From Malacoraja senta (lineage: Eukaryota), in assembly GCA_038087875.1 (NCBI GenBank), contig CM075995.1, forward strand, positions 3,164,001-3,228,000: a stretch of DNA of 64,000 nt. Reading direction: 5' to 3'. Positions 24,310 through 35,990 of the stretch are shown here, piece by piece (the first letter of the stretch is position 1; each line of letters starts with the position of its first letter). The translations under genes were made by a program, and so were the position numbers. Under the pieces are notes generated by a model, which was not told the DNA's origin, ran no database searches, and saw only the letters and a list, made by a program, of their open reading frames with translations.

Positions 24310-24658
24310 TGTTTAGTTTATTTAGTTTAGTTTAGTTTAGTTTAGTTTACTTTAGTTTAGAGATACAGCGCGGAAACTGGCCCTTCCGGCCCACCGAGTC
24401 CGCCCGGCCCAGCGATCCCCGCACATTAAAACGATCCCACACACACTCGGGATAATTAACACTTCTACCAAGCCAATTAGCGAATATACCTGCGTGACTT
24501 TGGAGTGTGGGAGGAAACCGAAGATCTCGGGGGCAAACCCCCAGGGTCACGGGGAGAACGTACAAACTCCATACAGACAGCACCCATAGTCGGGATCGGA
24601 CCCAGGTCTTCACCGCTGCAAGCACTGTTAGGCAGCAACTCTACGCTGCGCCACCATG
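24310..24658 (-). mobile_element. tRNA-derived SINE, complete
   Basis: (TTTAG)n tail through to the A-box complement. Confidence 0.88.
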
Positions 24659-24784
24659 GTGAATTTTTCAATTTGTGTGGGAAATTAAAAAAATAAAATA
24701 ACCCTGGCTTCCCCATCGAACCGTACAGAGTGAGATCAGACCCTCCGTGGTGTCTATGTACCAGTGTAGAGTGCAGACACCGGC

Positions 24785-25160
24785 ATAAGGTCACAAGTGA
24801 TAGGAGTAGAATTAGGCCATTCGGCCCATCAAGTCTACTCTGCCATTCAATCATGGCCGATCTATCTCTCCCTCCTGTCCCCATTCTCCTGCCTTCTCCC
24901 ATAACCTCTGACACCTGTACTGATCAAGAATCTATCAATCTGTGCCTTAAAAATATCAATTGACTTGGCCTTCTGTGGCAAAGAAGTCCACAGATTCACC
25001 ACCCTCTGATTAAAGACATTTCTCCTCATCTCCTTCCTAAAATAATGTCCTTTAATTCTGAGGCTGTGAACTCTGGTCCTGGACTCTCCCACTGGTGGAA
25101 ACATCCTCTCCACATCCACTCAATCCAAGCCTTTCACGATTCTGTATGTTTCAATGAGGT
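24785..25160 (-). mobile_element. CR1-like 3' fragment
   Basis: ORF 24862-25119 (-): MFPPVGESRTRVHSLRIKG...QRVVNLW. Confidence 0.8.
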
Positions 25161-25595
25161 GCGCGGCACCTTCGGAGTATTATTGCTGCCATCAAGCTTA
25201 CGCCTGAGGAACAGCATCCACTTCCATCACGGCTCAAGGATGCACTGGAGCCCCAGTGGGGAGAGATTTCTTCCAGCCACTAGAGAGAGGGAGAGAGAGA
25301 GAGAGAGAGCATTGCAGTGCAAAATCATCCATTCTGTCAGTCCGAGCGTTGAATACATCCTCCTCGCCCCTGACCCTGTCAGCTGCAGGATCGAGGAATA
25401 TTTGGCGATCGCCGGCTACAGCAGTGCTGGTCTGGACTGCAGTGGGGGAGAGGAGATGGGTGGGGGAGGGTGGGTGAAGCACCGTGGATCTAGGTGTGTG
25501 TGTCTCCTTTTTTGCTGGTAAAGGATGAGAACAGACTCTCTCCGTTTCATTTAATTCTGTGGGGACAGCTTGCTTTTCTTCGCCCAGTTACAAGG

Positions 25596-26224
25596 TGCTA
25601 TACGAGAATTTTGCCCGAACAGTCTGTGACTCATAGCGCTGTATTTAAAGCCAATAGTGCTGCAGCCGTCAGTTCTTTGTTTAAATTCCCACACGCCAAG
25701 CCGACAGTGCTCTGTTTAAACCTTTGCGCGCCAAACCGGCAGCACTGTGTGTATTACTTTAACGCGCCAAGTCTGTGTGTATTGATTTGCGTGCCGAGTC
25801 TCTAGCGCTGTGTATTGCTTTACACGCCAGTCTGCGGCTGATAGCGCTTTGTTCCCAAAGGGGAGGGGTTGCTGGGATGTAGTCTCCTGCCATTAGTTAT
25901 AGTTTGCATTTGGGAGCGGCGCTATTGGCCAGGTCATTTAAACGTCTGATGCCTTACCTGTATAAAGGCAGGCGCCAGTAAGCCCGAAGTTAGTTTATGT
26001 ACAAGAGGGGTTCACCGACGGGCTGAGTTGCGATCAGTTCCATGGACGGAGGCAGAGAGAGAGAGAGAGGGAGAGAGAGAGAGGTGTGCTGCTGTAAACC
26101 GGACCTCGCGCAGTCCAAGACAAGTATTGTTTTTGTTCTTTCTTGCCAATAAATCTGATTTGTAACTAAACAGAGCCTTTTTCTGTTCCAATAGTCAGAT
26201 CCTTGAACCTGTTCCCTTGTAACA
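25596..26224 (+). repeat. 5' long terminal repeat
   Basis: TG(C/T)TA...TAACA termini; U3-like short direct repeats (about 25630-25840), ATTGG at 25924, TATAAA at 25961, AATAAA at 26148; followed 2 nt later by a PBS. Confidence 0.8.
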
Positions 26225-26226
26225 AT

Positions 26227-26244
26227 TGGCGTAGTCGGCAGGAT
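26227..26244 (+). promoter_or_regulatory. Primer-binding site complementary to the 3' end of tRNA-Ser
   Basis: TGGCGTAGTCGGCAGGAT is the 18-nt reverse complement of ATCCTGCCGACTACGCCA (vertebrate tRNA-Ser 3' end). Confidence 0.88.
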
Positions 26245-26263
26245 CTGATGAATAGAATAGAAA

Positions 26264-27291
26264 ATGTTTGGTAAAAAGATATAGCAAACGAGATGGCGCT
26301 GTTGCAGGCCAAGCTCCACCACAACAAGCTGCTGCCCTTGGCGCGGGGGAGCCCACAGCAGACCGTGCTGCAGGCAGGACCAAGAGCCTTGAGTCTTCAA
26401 GCTTCTTTAGATTAGTTTAGTTTAGAGATACAGCACGGAAAAAGGCCCTTTGGCCCACCGTGTCCGCACCAACCAGCGATCCACACACATTAACACTATC
26501 CTACACCCACTAGAGATGATTTATTTTTTTACATTTACCAAGCCAATTAACCTACAAACCTGTACGTCTTTGGAGCGTGGGAGGAAATCGAAGATCTCGG
26601 AGGAAATCCACACAGGTCACCAGGAGAACATACAAACTCCATACAGACAGCACCCGTAATCGGGATTGAACCCGGGACTTCGGCGCTGCATTCGCTGTAA
26701 GGCAGCAACTCTACCGCTGCGCCACCGTGACCGCCCCACCGTGACTGCCCCTCCTCTAATGCTTTTAACGGGTCACGAGGGAGAAATTTATTGTTGTAAA
26801 TTGCACGTATGGATTAACACTGGCATCTGCAGGATTTGGCCGACTCGTATTGTTTCGGAGTGTAAATGGCGACTGCGATAATTATGCTATAATGGAAGGA
26901 CAAGGTGGAGCAGTGATGGAATTGCATTATAACACAGATGGCACACATCTTTTTCCAGCATCAACAGACAAAACTGTGGGATATTGAAATGGGTGAAAGA
27001 ATCAAGAGACTTAAAGGTCACACATCCTTTGTGAATTCATGTTATCCAGCCCGACGGGGTCTGTACAAGAAGCGACGACTAAACTGTGAAGCTATGGGAC
27101 ATTCGGAAGAAAGCTGCAATCCATATGTTTCAAAACAGGTACCAAGTACTGGCAGCAACGTTTAATGACACAAGCGATCAGATTATCTCTGGTGGTATTG
27201 ACGACGGCATTAAGGTTTGGGACCTCCGACAAAACAAGTTAATTTGTACCATGCGTGGTCATGCAGACTCAGTGACTGGTTTGACCCTGAG
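26264..27291 (+). pseudogene. SNRNP40: Processed (intronless) pseudogene of U5 snRNP 40-kDa WD40 protein, 3'-truncated, frameshifted, split by a SINE
   Basis: Consecutive segments LQAGPRALSLQA | LMLLTGHEGEIYCCK, GERIKRLKGHTSFVNSCYPARRG, KLWDIRKKAAIHMFQNRYQVLAATFNDTSDQIISGGIDDGIKVWDLRQNKLICTMRGHADSVTGLTLS; no introns. Confidence 0.92.
26408..26740 (-). mobile_element. tRNA-derived SINE inserted in the SNRNP40 pseudogene
   Basis: Complete SINE reverse complement between the SLQA and LMLL codons. Confidence 0.9.
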
Positions 27292-27495
27292 TGGAGTAAA
27301 AGAGAACGTCACCAACCTCGCGGACCGCATCCAGGAAGCCGTAGAGAAGAGTTGAAGGGTCGGAGAACAGAAGCACGACTACAATCCCTCGGGGTGGGGG
27401 GGGAGGTGGGCAACAGTGGCAAACTGGGGGATGGCCATAGGGACAGTCTTGTCAGCCATAATATTACGACATTGCATGTGCGGATTGGCATGATG
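27292..27495 (+). pseudogene. Retroviral env transmembrane-subunit-like remnant
   Basis: Reads GVKENVTNLADRIQEAVEKS*RVGEQKHDYNPSGWGGRWATVANWGMAIGTVLSAIILRHCMCG: heptad-like segment, Trp-rich membrane-proximal region and hydrophobic anchor, lying just before the PPT. Confidence 0.55.
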
Positions 27496-27519
27496 ACCGC
27501 GTGGACTTTACTCCAGCAT

Positions 27520-27625
27520 GTGGGCCGGATGTAAGGCGGTAACACCTGTCGGCCGGATGTAAGGCGGTAACACCTGCGGGCCGGATGTAACGAGGTGACG
27601 CCCGCGGGCCAGATGTGACGGTAAC
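27520..27625. repeat. ~28-bp tandem repeat (GGCCGGATGTAAGGCGGTAACACCTG), about 4 copies, upstream of the PPT
   Basis: Directly visible. Confidence 0.85.
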
Positions 27626-29019
27626 CAGACTGTTCAAAGGGTGGAATGTTATATGAGAACTATGGTCTCTTCACCTCAGTGCTTTTAAGACAGTTCATGA
27701 ATCTACAGGGAGGATACTTAACACAGGACAGGTATCAATATTCAGGTGGAATGCAAGGACAGAATGCAAGGTATACAGTCAATGACAAGAACATTAATAT
27801 CATTGATGCACAGAAGGATCTCGGAGTCCAAGTTCGTAGCTCACCTATTACTATCGAAATGTTTAAAGGAATTCGGCAGGTACATGGATAGTGTAGGATG
27901 GAACTGCAGATGCTGGTTTAACTGAAGATAGACACAAAGTAACTCAGTAACTCAGTGGGACAGGCAGCATCTCTGGAGAGTAGGAATGGGTGACGTTTCG
28001 GGTCGAGACTGTTTTTCAGACTCAAGAAGCACATGAATAGGACAGGTTTGGAGGGATAAGGGCCAAATGCAGGCAAGTGGGGCGAGTATAGATAGGGCAA
28101 GTTGGTCGGTGTGGGCAAGTTGGGCCGAAGGGCCGAATTCCACACTGTATCACTCTGTGACTGAAGGTGGAAAAACAAGTAGATAGGGTGGTTAAGAAGG
28201 CCCAGAGTGTGAACGATGATTTCTCTAATTTCAACTCCTGCGGTCCCTCTGCCAGCCCCCCCCCTCCCACTCTCCCCTCACTCCCCCACCCTCGTCATCC
28301 TTCTAGTTCACTGTTTACATCCTTGTATCCTTCTCATCAGCACACTTCCCCAGCCAACATTGGGCCATGGACCATTATGGACACCCTTCCAGAGGTCATC
28401 TGTTGCCGACCCTGATTTGTTCTAGCCTTTCCTCCCCCCACCCATGCCCCCGCCCCCCCCTACCCCCTCCACTCCCACCTTTTTCTTTCAGTCTGTAGAT
28501 GGGTTTCGAAGCAAAATGCCACCCATTCATTCTCTCCAGAGATGCTGACTGCCCCGCTGAGTTACTCCGGCATTTTGTGTCTATCTTTGGTGCAACCATC
28601 ATCTGCAGTTCCTTCCTACAAAAGGTGTACAGTATGCTTGCTTTCATTGGGGGTGGGGGGAAGGGGGGTGGGAGGGGAAAGGAGGGGGGGAAAGTGGAGC
28701 ACCTTCCTGCCTGCTGCGTTCCACTGTTGGAGATGCGAGGAAGTCTAAGCCACTGGGACAAACCTGAGACCACCAGTGCCACCATGTGGTCAAGAGCGGG
28801 CCTCCAGGCAGAAGGCCTCTGCAGCTAGAGCCTCGATGAGGACTGAGGAGCCCACACGCAGAGGCAAAGACTGAGCTGCCAGGATAAGCCTGAGACTGCC
28901 ATCACCCCCCTCTCACTTCTCCGTTAGAGACCAGGAACTGAGTTGATGGGATAAACCTGATATTGCCAGTACCACCATACATGCATTCTGATGATGAGGT
29001 ACAGCCCCCTCATTTGGTA

Positions 29020-29315
29020 GATTAGTTTAGCTTAGTTTAGTTTAGTTTGGTTTAGTTTAGTTTAGTTTTGAGATACAGTGTGCAAACAGGCCCTTCAGCC
29101 CATCGAGTCCACGCCTACCACGATCCCTGTACACTAGCACCATCCTACACACACTGGGACAATTTACAATTTGAACTGAGCCAATTAACCTACAAACCTG
29201 TTTGTCTTTTGGAATGTGGGAGGAAACCAGAGCTCCTGCAGAAAACCCACGTGGTCACGGGGAGAACGAACAAACTCCGTACAGACAGCATCCGTAGTCA
29301 GGATCGAACCCAGGT
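29020..29315 (-). mobile_element. tRNA-derived SINE, partial
   Basis: (TTTAG)n tail and V-domain complement. Confidence 0.8.
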
Positions 29316-30065
29316 CCAGAGACAGTTTCTTCCTAACTGTTATCAGGCAACTGAACCACCAACCAACAACTAGAGAGCAGTCCTGAGCTACTAATCATAA
29401 ACATAATCATAATCATACTTCATTAGCCAAGTACGTTTTGCAACATACGAGGAATTTGATTTGCCATACAGTCATACTAATAAAAAGCACAGAACACAAA
29501 AATACATTGACCTGATTGGAGACCCTCACACTATCTCTAACCAGACTCTACTGGACTTTATGTTGCACTAAATGTTATTCCCGTTTTCACTTCATCACTT
29601 TTTTGCACACTGTGGATGGCGTCTTTTGTAAACATGTATTGTTTTTCTGCTGACTGGTTAGGACGCAACGAAGGCTTTTCACTGAACCTCAGTGCACGTG
29701 ACAAAAAACTAAACTAAGCTAAATCTCTCCTCGACTCCAAAAGGGTCCCGACTTGAAACGTCGTCTGTCCATTTCCTTCCACAGATGCTGCATAACGTGC
29801 TGAGTTCCTTCAGCGCTTTGTTTTTTGATTTACTCAAGGTTCCAGCAGGTCTGCAGTCTCTTCTCTTCTCCCACCATCCCCTCCTTTTGTGACTTGTCAA
29901 ATGGTGTCCATTCACTGTCCTGGGAAGAAATTGGATTGCATTTGCATGTTAAATGACATTTGGCCTCGGCATGGTTTATTCCTAGTTTTGTTTAGAGATA
30001 CAGGGGGAAACAGGCCCTTCGGCCCACAGAGCCCGCACCGACCAGCGATCCCCGCACATTAATAA

Positions 30066-31215
30066 TGGCACGGTGGCGCAGCGGTAGAGTTGCTGCCTTA
30101 CAGCGCTTGCAACGTCAGAGACCCGGGTTCGATCCTGACTACGGGTGCTTGTCTGTACGGAGTGTCAGGTGATAGTTATTGGCGGCGGCTGTTGCACAGC
30201 TGCGGCTCACCTGCAGTCCGTCTGTTTTTACTTTTTTTGTTGTTTTCTTTTGTCCTGTTTTAGTTAAATTTTAGTTTATTGGGTTGTGTATGTGTGTGGG
30301 GGGGGGGTGAAACATGATTTTTGTCTCTTCCTTCGGGGGAATGCGACATTTTCTTGTCGTATCCCCTCTCTCTGCCTCCGTCTGCGCTGAGGCCAAAATG
30401 GCGGAGCTGCCGGCCTCCAACTCCAACTACGACCGACCGACCTCGAGGCTCCGGAGGCAGAGCCAGGACTTACCAGTGCGGGGCTGGCCTGCTTCGGGGC
30501 TGCGGTGGCGTTCCGGCGGTGGCGACCGAGGACACTGTGGCGACCTGAGTCCGGAGGCTCGCTGCGGGCCCGGTGGACGACATCGTCGGGAGCGCGCAGG
30601 TCACAGGTTGGTGACCTGTTTTCTGGGGCTCCCGCAACTACAGCTGCGTCCGCTGGACTGGAGGGCGGCAGCTTCAGCCACCCCGGGCCGCGGAGTTTGA
30701 ACCAGGCCCGTCGCGGAGCGGAGCTCGGATTCAGCCGCGGGACTGACTTACCATCACCCGGCGGGGTCCACAACGTCAGAAGCCTGGATCGCCTCAGCGC
30801 AGAGGGAGAACAAAGAGGGAAGAGACAGAGACTTTAAGACTTTTGCCTCCATCACAGTGAGGAGGTGCCTGGTGAACTCACTGTGGTGGATGTTAATTTG
30901 TGTTTATTGTGTGTTTTGTTATTTATTATTATATGTATGACTGCAGGCAACGAAATTTCGTTCAGACCGAAAGGTCTGAATGACAAATAAAGGAATCTAA
31001 GTCTAAGTCATAAGTCTTGTACGTTCTCCCCGTGACTGTCTGGGTTTTCTCCGGGATCTTTGGTTTCCTCCCACACTCCAAAGACGTACAGGTTTGTAGG
31101 TTAATTGGCTTGGTATAAGTGTAAATTGTCCCAAGTGTAGGATAGTGTTAATGTGCGAGGGTCACTAGTCGGTGGGCCGAAGGGCCTGTTTCCACTCTGT
31201 ATCTCTAAACTACAC
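30066..31215 (+). mobile_element. tRNA-derived SINE split by an insertion
   Basis: GGCACGGTGGCGCAGCGGTAGAG...GGGTTCGATCC...ACGGAGT | TTGTACGTTCTCCCCG...TCTCTAAAC. Confidence 0.88.
30164..31016 (+). mobile_element. Non-autonomous GC-rich retroposon (family of 1649-3056)
   Basis: Shared 5' and 3' arms with 1649-3056; 3' hairpin TTCAGACC-GAAA-GGTCTGAA, TGACAAATAAA, (CTAAGT)n tail. Confidence 0.8.
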
Positions 31216-32068
31216 TAAAAATGAACACTCTCCTACACTCACTAAGGACAATTTTCCATTTAGTCAATTAACTTATAAACCTGTACGTCTTTGGAGTGTG
31301 GGGGAAAACCAAAGATCTCGGAGAAACCCACGCAGGTCACGGGGAGAACGTACAAACTCCATACAGACAGCACCTGTAGTCAGGTTCGAAGCTGGATCCC
31401 TGGTGCTATAAGGCAGCAACTCTACCGCTGCGCCACCATGCCGCCCTTCATTTAGGGCCTGTTTCCATGGTTCAGGGCCTGTTTCCATGGTTCAGGGCCT
31501 GTTTCCCTGCTGTATGACTCTGTGACTATGACTAGCTGGGCAGAAGGGCCTGTTTTCACGCTGCATGACTATAACTTTATGGCTCTATGTGTGTGTGCTG
31601 TGATTCTGTTTGCCCAGCTGTTGTGCAGGCATTCCTGTGGAGAGATTCTAGCAAGCCGCAAAGTCAATGAGGGGAAAAAAATCTGTTTAGTGTTTAGGAG
31701 AGCGTTGAGCTCAGCAAAGAGCTATGTGCATGGAACTACAGGGAAACTCAGTAGCACTGCTCCTAGAGTTATTGGTTCAGAGTGCTGGTGACCTTGGTTC
31801 AATCTTGACCTCTGGTGCTGTCCATGTGGAGTTTGCGGTCTCCCGAAGATTGCATGTGCTTCCGTCTGTTGCTCCACTTTCCTCCCATATTCTAAAGACT
31901 TGTGTTGGCAGGGACACAAAATGCTGGAGTAACTCAGCAGGTTTCGTTCAGTTTAGGACGGAGATGAGGAGGAATTTCTTTCGTCGGAGGGTGGTGAATC
32001 TGTGGAATCCATTGCCTGCAGAAGGCTGTGGAGGCCATGTCAATGGATATTTTTAAGGCAGATAGGTT

Positions 32069-32735
32069 CATAGAAACATAGAAAAATAGGTGCAGGAGTA
32101 GGCCATACGGCCCTTCGAGCCAGCACCGCCATTCAATATGATCATGGCTGATCATCCAAAATCAGTACCCCGTCCCTGTTTTCTCCCCATAACCCTTGAT
32201 TCCATTAGCCCCAAGAGCTAAATCTAACTCTCTCTTGAAAACATCCAGTGAGTTGGCGTCCACTGTCTTCTGTGGCAGAAAATTCCGCCGATTCACAACC
32301 CTCTGGGTGAAAACGTTTTTCCTCATCTCAGTCCGAAATGGCCTACCTCTTATTCTTAAACTGTGACCCCTGGTTCTGGACTCCCCCAACATGGGGAATA
32401 TTTTTTCCTGCATCTAGCCTGTCCAATACCTTAAAGAATTTATGTTTCTATAGAAAGATAGAAACATAGAAAATAGGTGCAGGAGGAGGCCATTCGGCCC
32501 TTCGAGCCAGCACCGCCATTCATTGTGATCGTCCCCAATCAATAACCCGTGCCTGCCTTCTCCCCATATCCCTTGATTCCACTAGCCCCTGGAGTATCTA
32601 ACTCTCTCTTAAACCCATCCAGTGACTTGTCCTCCACTGCCCTCTGTGGCAGGGAATTAGACAAATTCACAACTCTCTATTTGAGAACGTTTTTTCTCAC
32701 CTCAGTCTTAAATGGGCTTCCCCTTTATTCTAAGT
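32069..32735 (-). mobile_element. Two tandem CR1 3' fragments
   Basis: Two (AAACATAG)n tails at about 32069 and 32447; ORF 32162-32413 (-) encodes the RT C-terminus. Confidence 0.82.
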
Positions 32736-33234
32736 TAAAGTTTCCGTGCAGAAACAGGCCTTCGGCCCACTGGGTCCGCGCTGAGCAGCGATCACCCCGT
32801 GCACTAGTACTATCATACACACTAGGCACATTTGATGCTTTTACCCAAGCCAATTAACCTACAAACCTGTACGTCTTTGGAGGTTGAGGCAGCATCTCTG
32901 GAGAACATGGATAGGTGACATTTTGGGCTGAGACCCTTCGTCAGACTGATTGTAGGGAGGAGAGAAGAAAACCGGGAGAGGCAGGACAAAGCATGGCAGG
33001 TTGGTAAATTACTTGGTCATTGTAAATTGCTCCTAAATGTGTAGGTGAGTAAAATCTGGGGGGGGGGGGGGGGGTGAATTGAATGGAACGAGAGTAGCAT
33101 TAAATATGATTCGTGAAGTATTAACATAAGTAGGTGCTTGATAGATGCGCAGACTAGAGGGGCCGAATGGTCTGCTTCTCTATGTAAGATGACCTCCATG
33201 TTTAACACGGGCGATGAGAGGGAGAAAGAGAGAG

Positions 33235-33434
33235 NNNNNNNNNNNNNNNNNNNNNNNNNNNNNNNNNNNNNNNNNNNNNNNNNNNNNNNNNNNNNNNNNN
33301 NNNNNNNNNNNNNNNNNNNNNNNNNNNNNNNNNNNNNNNNNNNNNNNNNNNNNNNNNNNNNNNNNNNNNNNNNNNNNNNNNNNNNNNNNNNNNNNNNNNN
33401 NNNNNNNNNNNNNNNNNNNNNNNNNNNNNNNNNN
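33235..33434. other. Assembly gap (200 N)
   Basis: Run of N. Confidence 1.
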
Positions 33435-34362
33435 GCTTGTTCCATACATCCACCATCCTTTGTGTGAAAAAGTTACCCCTCGGATTCCTATTAAATCTTT
33501 TCCCTTCACCTTGAACCTATGTCCCCCGGTCCTCTATTCCCCTACTCGGGGCAAGAGACTCTGCATCTACCCGATCTATTCCTCTCATGATTTTGTATAC
33601 CTCAATAAGATCACCCCTCATCCTCCTGCACTCCATGGAATAGAGACCCCAGCCTACTCAACCTCTCCCCTTTAGCTCACACCCTCTAGTCCTGGTAACC
33701 TCCTCGTAAATCTTTTCTGAACCCTTTCAAGTTTGACAATATCTTTCCTATAACATGGTGCCCAGAACTGAACACAATATTCTAAATGTGGTCTCACCAA
33801 CGTCTTATACAACTGCAACATGACCTCCCAACTTCTATACTCAATACTCTGACTGTCAATGCCTTCTATGTTCTGTTGTGCTGAAGCAAAGCAAGAATTT
33901 CATTGTCCTATCAGGGACACATGACAATAAACTCACTTGAAGTTGAACTTGAACTGACTGTTGAAGGCCAAAGTGCCAAAAGCCTTTTTGACCACCTTAT
34001 CTACCTGCGACTCCACCTTCAAGGAACCATGCACCTGTACTCCTAGATCCTTCTGCTCTACAACACTACCCAGAGGCCTACCATTTACTGTGTAGGTGCT
34101 GCTCTTGTTCGACATCCCAAAATGCAACACCTCATACTTCTCTGTATTAAATTCCATCAACCATTCCTCCTCCCACCTGGCCAATCGATCCAGATCCTGC
34201 TGCAATCGTTCACAACCATCTTCACTATCTGCAAAACCACTCACTTTTGTATCATCAGCAAACTTGCTAATCTTGCCAATCTTACCCTGTATGTTCTCAT
34301 CCAAATCATTGATGTAGATGACAAACAGGAACGGGCCCAGCACCGAACCCTGAGGCACACCA
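33435..34362 (-). mobile_element. CR1-like LINE RT fragment with a small Rex-type tail inserted at about 33857-33955
   Basis: ORF 33933-34403 (-): SGVPQGSVLGP...FADDTK...KDLGVQVHGSLK. Confidence 0.88.
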
Positions 34363-35227
34363 CTTGGTTTCTGTTGTACACGGACTGTCTCACTCGGTTT
34401 CACGTGGCCGTGGAGGAAATTGTTCAGGGAACTGTCAGTGTACTTAAATTAGTCATGGAGTTATACAGGCCCACACCGGCTAACTTGTCCCATCTACACC
34501 AGTCCCACCTGCCCATGTTTGTCCCCTATCCTTCCAAACCCGTCCTATCCATGTACCTGTCTAACTGTTTCTTAAACCTTCTTCAGCCTCAACTACCTCC
34601 TCTGGCAACTTGTTCCATACACACAACTTTAGTGTGAAAAAATTACCTCTCAGATTCCTATTAAATTGTTTCCCCTTCACCTTAAACCAAACCTGTCCTA
34701 ACCATGTGCCTGTCCAAAATGTGCCTTAAATGTTTCGATAGTAACTGTCTCATCTACCTCGTCCAGCAGCTCATTCTATATACCCACCGCTCTTTGCATG
34801 AAAATTTTACCCCTCGGGTTCCTATTCAATCTTTTCCCCTTCACCTTAAACCTATGTCCTCTGGTCCTCGATTCCCCTACTCTGGGCAACAGACAACCGT
34901 GCATCTACCTGATCTATTCCTCTCATGATTTTATACACCTCTATAAGATCACCCCCTCATCCTCCTGCACACCGAGGAATATTGTCCCTGCCTACTCCAC
35001 CTCTCCCCATAGCTCAGACCTTGGCGTCCTGGCAACCACTGCCCGGGCAGGCTACCCAGCACGGTTAACCTGGGGAGTTACTTTGCTTCAAGATGCTGCT
35101 GCCTCCGATGTCTGGGTTTGCAATGAATTGGAAAGGATTAGTTCTTCCACAAAGCCATCCACCGCAAGTGAAACTGCTCAATGATATCAGTCTGAGGAAG
35201 GGTCTCGACCCGAAACGTCACCCATTC

Positions 35228-35990
35228 AATAGACAATAGACAATAGACAATAGACAATAGACAATAGGTGTAGGAGTAGGACATTCAGCCCTTCGAGCCA
35301 GCACCACCATTCAATGTGATCATGGCTGATCATCCTCAATCAGTACCCCGTTCCTGCCTTCTCCCCATATCCCCTGACTCCGCTATTTTTCAGAACCCTA
35401 TCTAGCTCTCTCTTGAAAGCATCCAGAGAACCTGCCTCCACCGCCCTCTGAGGCAGAGAATTCCACAGACTCACCACTCTCTGTGAGAAAAAGTGTTTCC
35501 TCGTCTCCGTTCTAAATGGCTTACTCCTTATTCTTAAACTGTGGCCCCTGGTTCTGGACTCCCCCAACATCGGGAACATGTTTCCTGCCTCTAGCGTGTC
35601 CAAACCCTTAACCATCTTATATGTTTCAATGAGATATCCTCTCATCCTTCTAAACTCCAGAGTGTACAAGCCCATCTGCTCCATTCTCTCAGCATATGAC
35701 AATCCCGCCATCCCGGGAATTAACCTTGTAAACCTACGCTGCTCTCCCTCAATAGCAAGAATATCCTTCCTCAAATTAGGGGACCAAAACTGCACACAAT
35801 ACTCCAGGTGTGGTCTCACTAGGGCTCTGTACAACTGCAGAAGGACCTCTTTGCTTCTATATTCGATTCCTCTTGTTATAAAGGCCAACATGCCATTTGC
35901 TTTCTTCACTGCCTGCTGTACCTGCATGCTTACTTTCATAGACTGATGAACAAGGACCCCCAGATCCCGTTGTACTTCCCCTTTTCCCAA
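35228..35990 (-). mobile_element. CR1 LINE 3' fragment
   Basis: ORF 35340-36017 (-) encodes the RT C-terminus; (CAATAGA)n tail. Confidence 0.92.

Larger units (their letters stand above)
25596..27659 (+). mobile_element. Endogenous retrovirus-like element with its internal region replaced by SNRNP40 cDNA
   Basis: 5' LTR, PBS-Ser, cDNA, env-TM-like remnant, PPT AAAGGGTGGAA (27636-27646), then TGTTATATGAGAA matching the 5' LTR start TGCTATACGAGAA. Confidence 0.75.

Noticed and set aside
26264..27291. Functional SNRNP40 gene
   Set aside because: Intronless, frameshifted, interrupted by a SINE and missing the C-terminal WD repeats.
27520..27625. GCCGGATG repeats resembling enterobacterial REP sequences
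   Set aside because: Simple tandem units without the REP palindrome, located in the ERV 3' untranslated region; the similarity is too short to suggest bacterial origin.
30066..30140. tRNA gene-like A/B boxes (here and in other SINE heads)
   Set aside because: They continue into the SINE body and LINE-derived tail; no complete cloverleaf.
33017..33675. ORFs spanning the N run
   Set aside because: Artefacts of the assembly gap.
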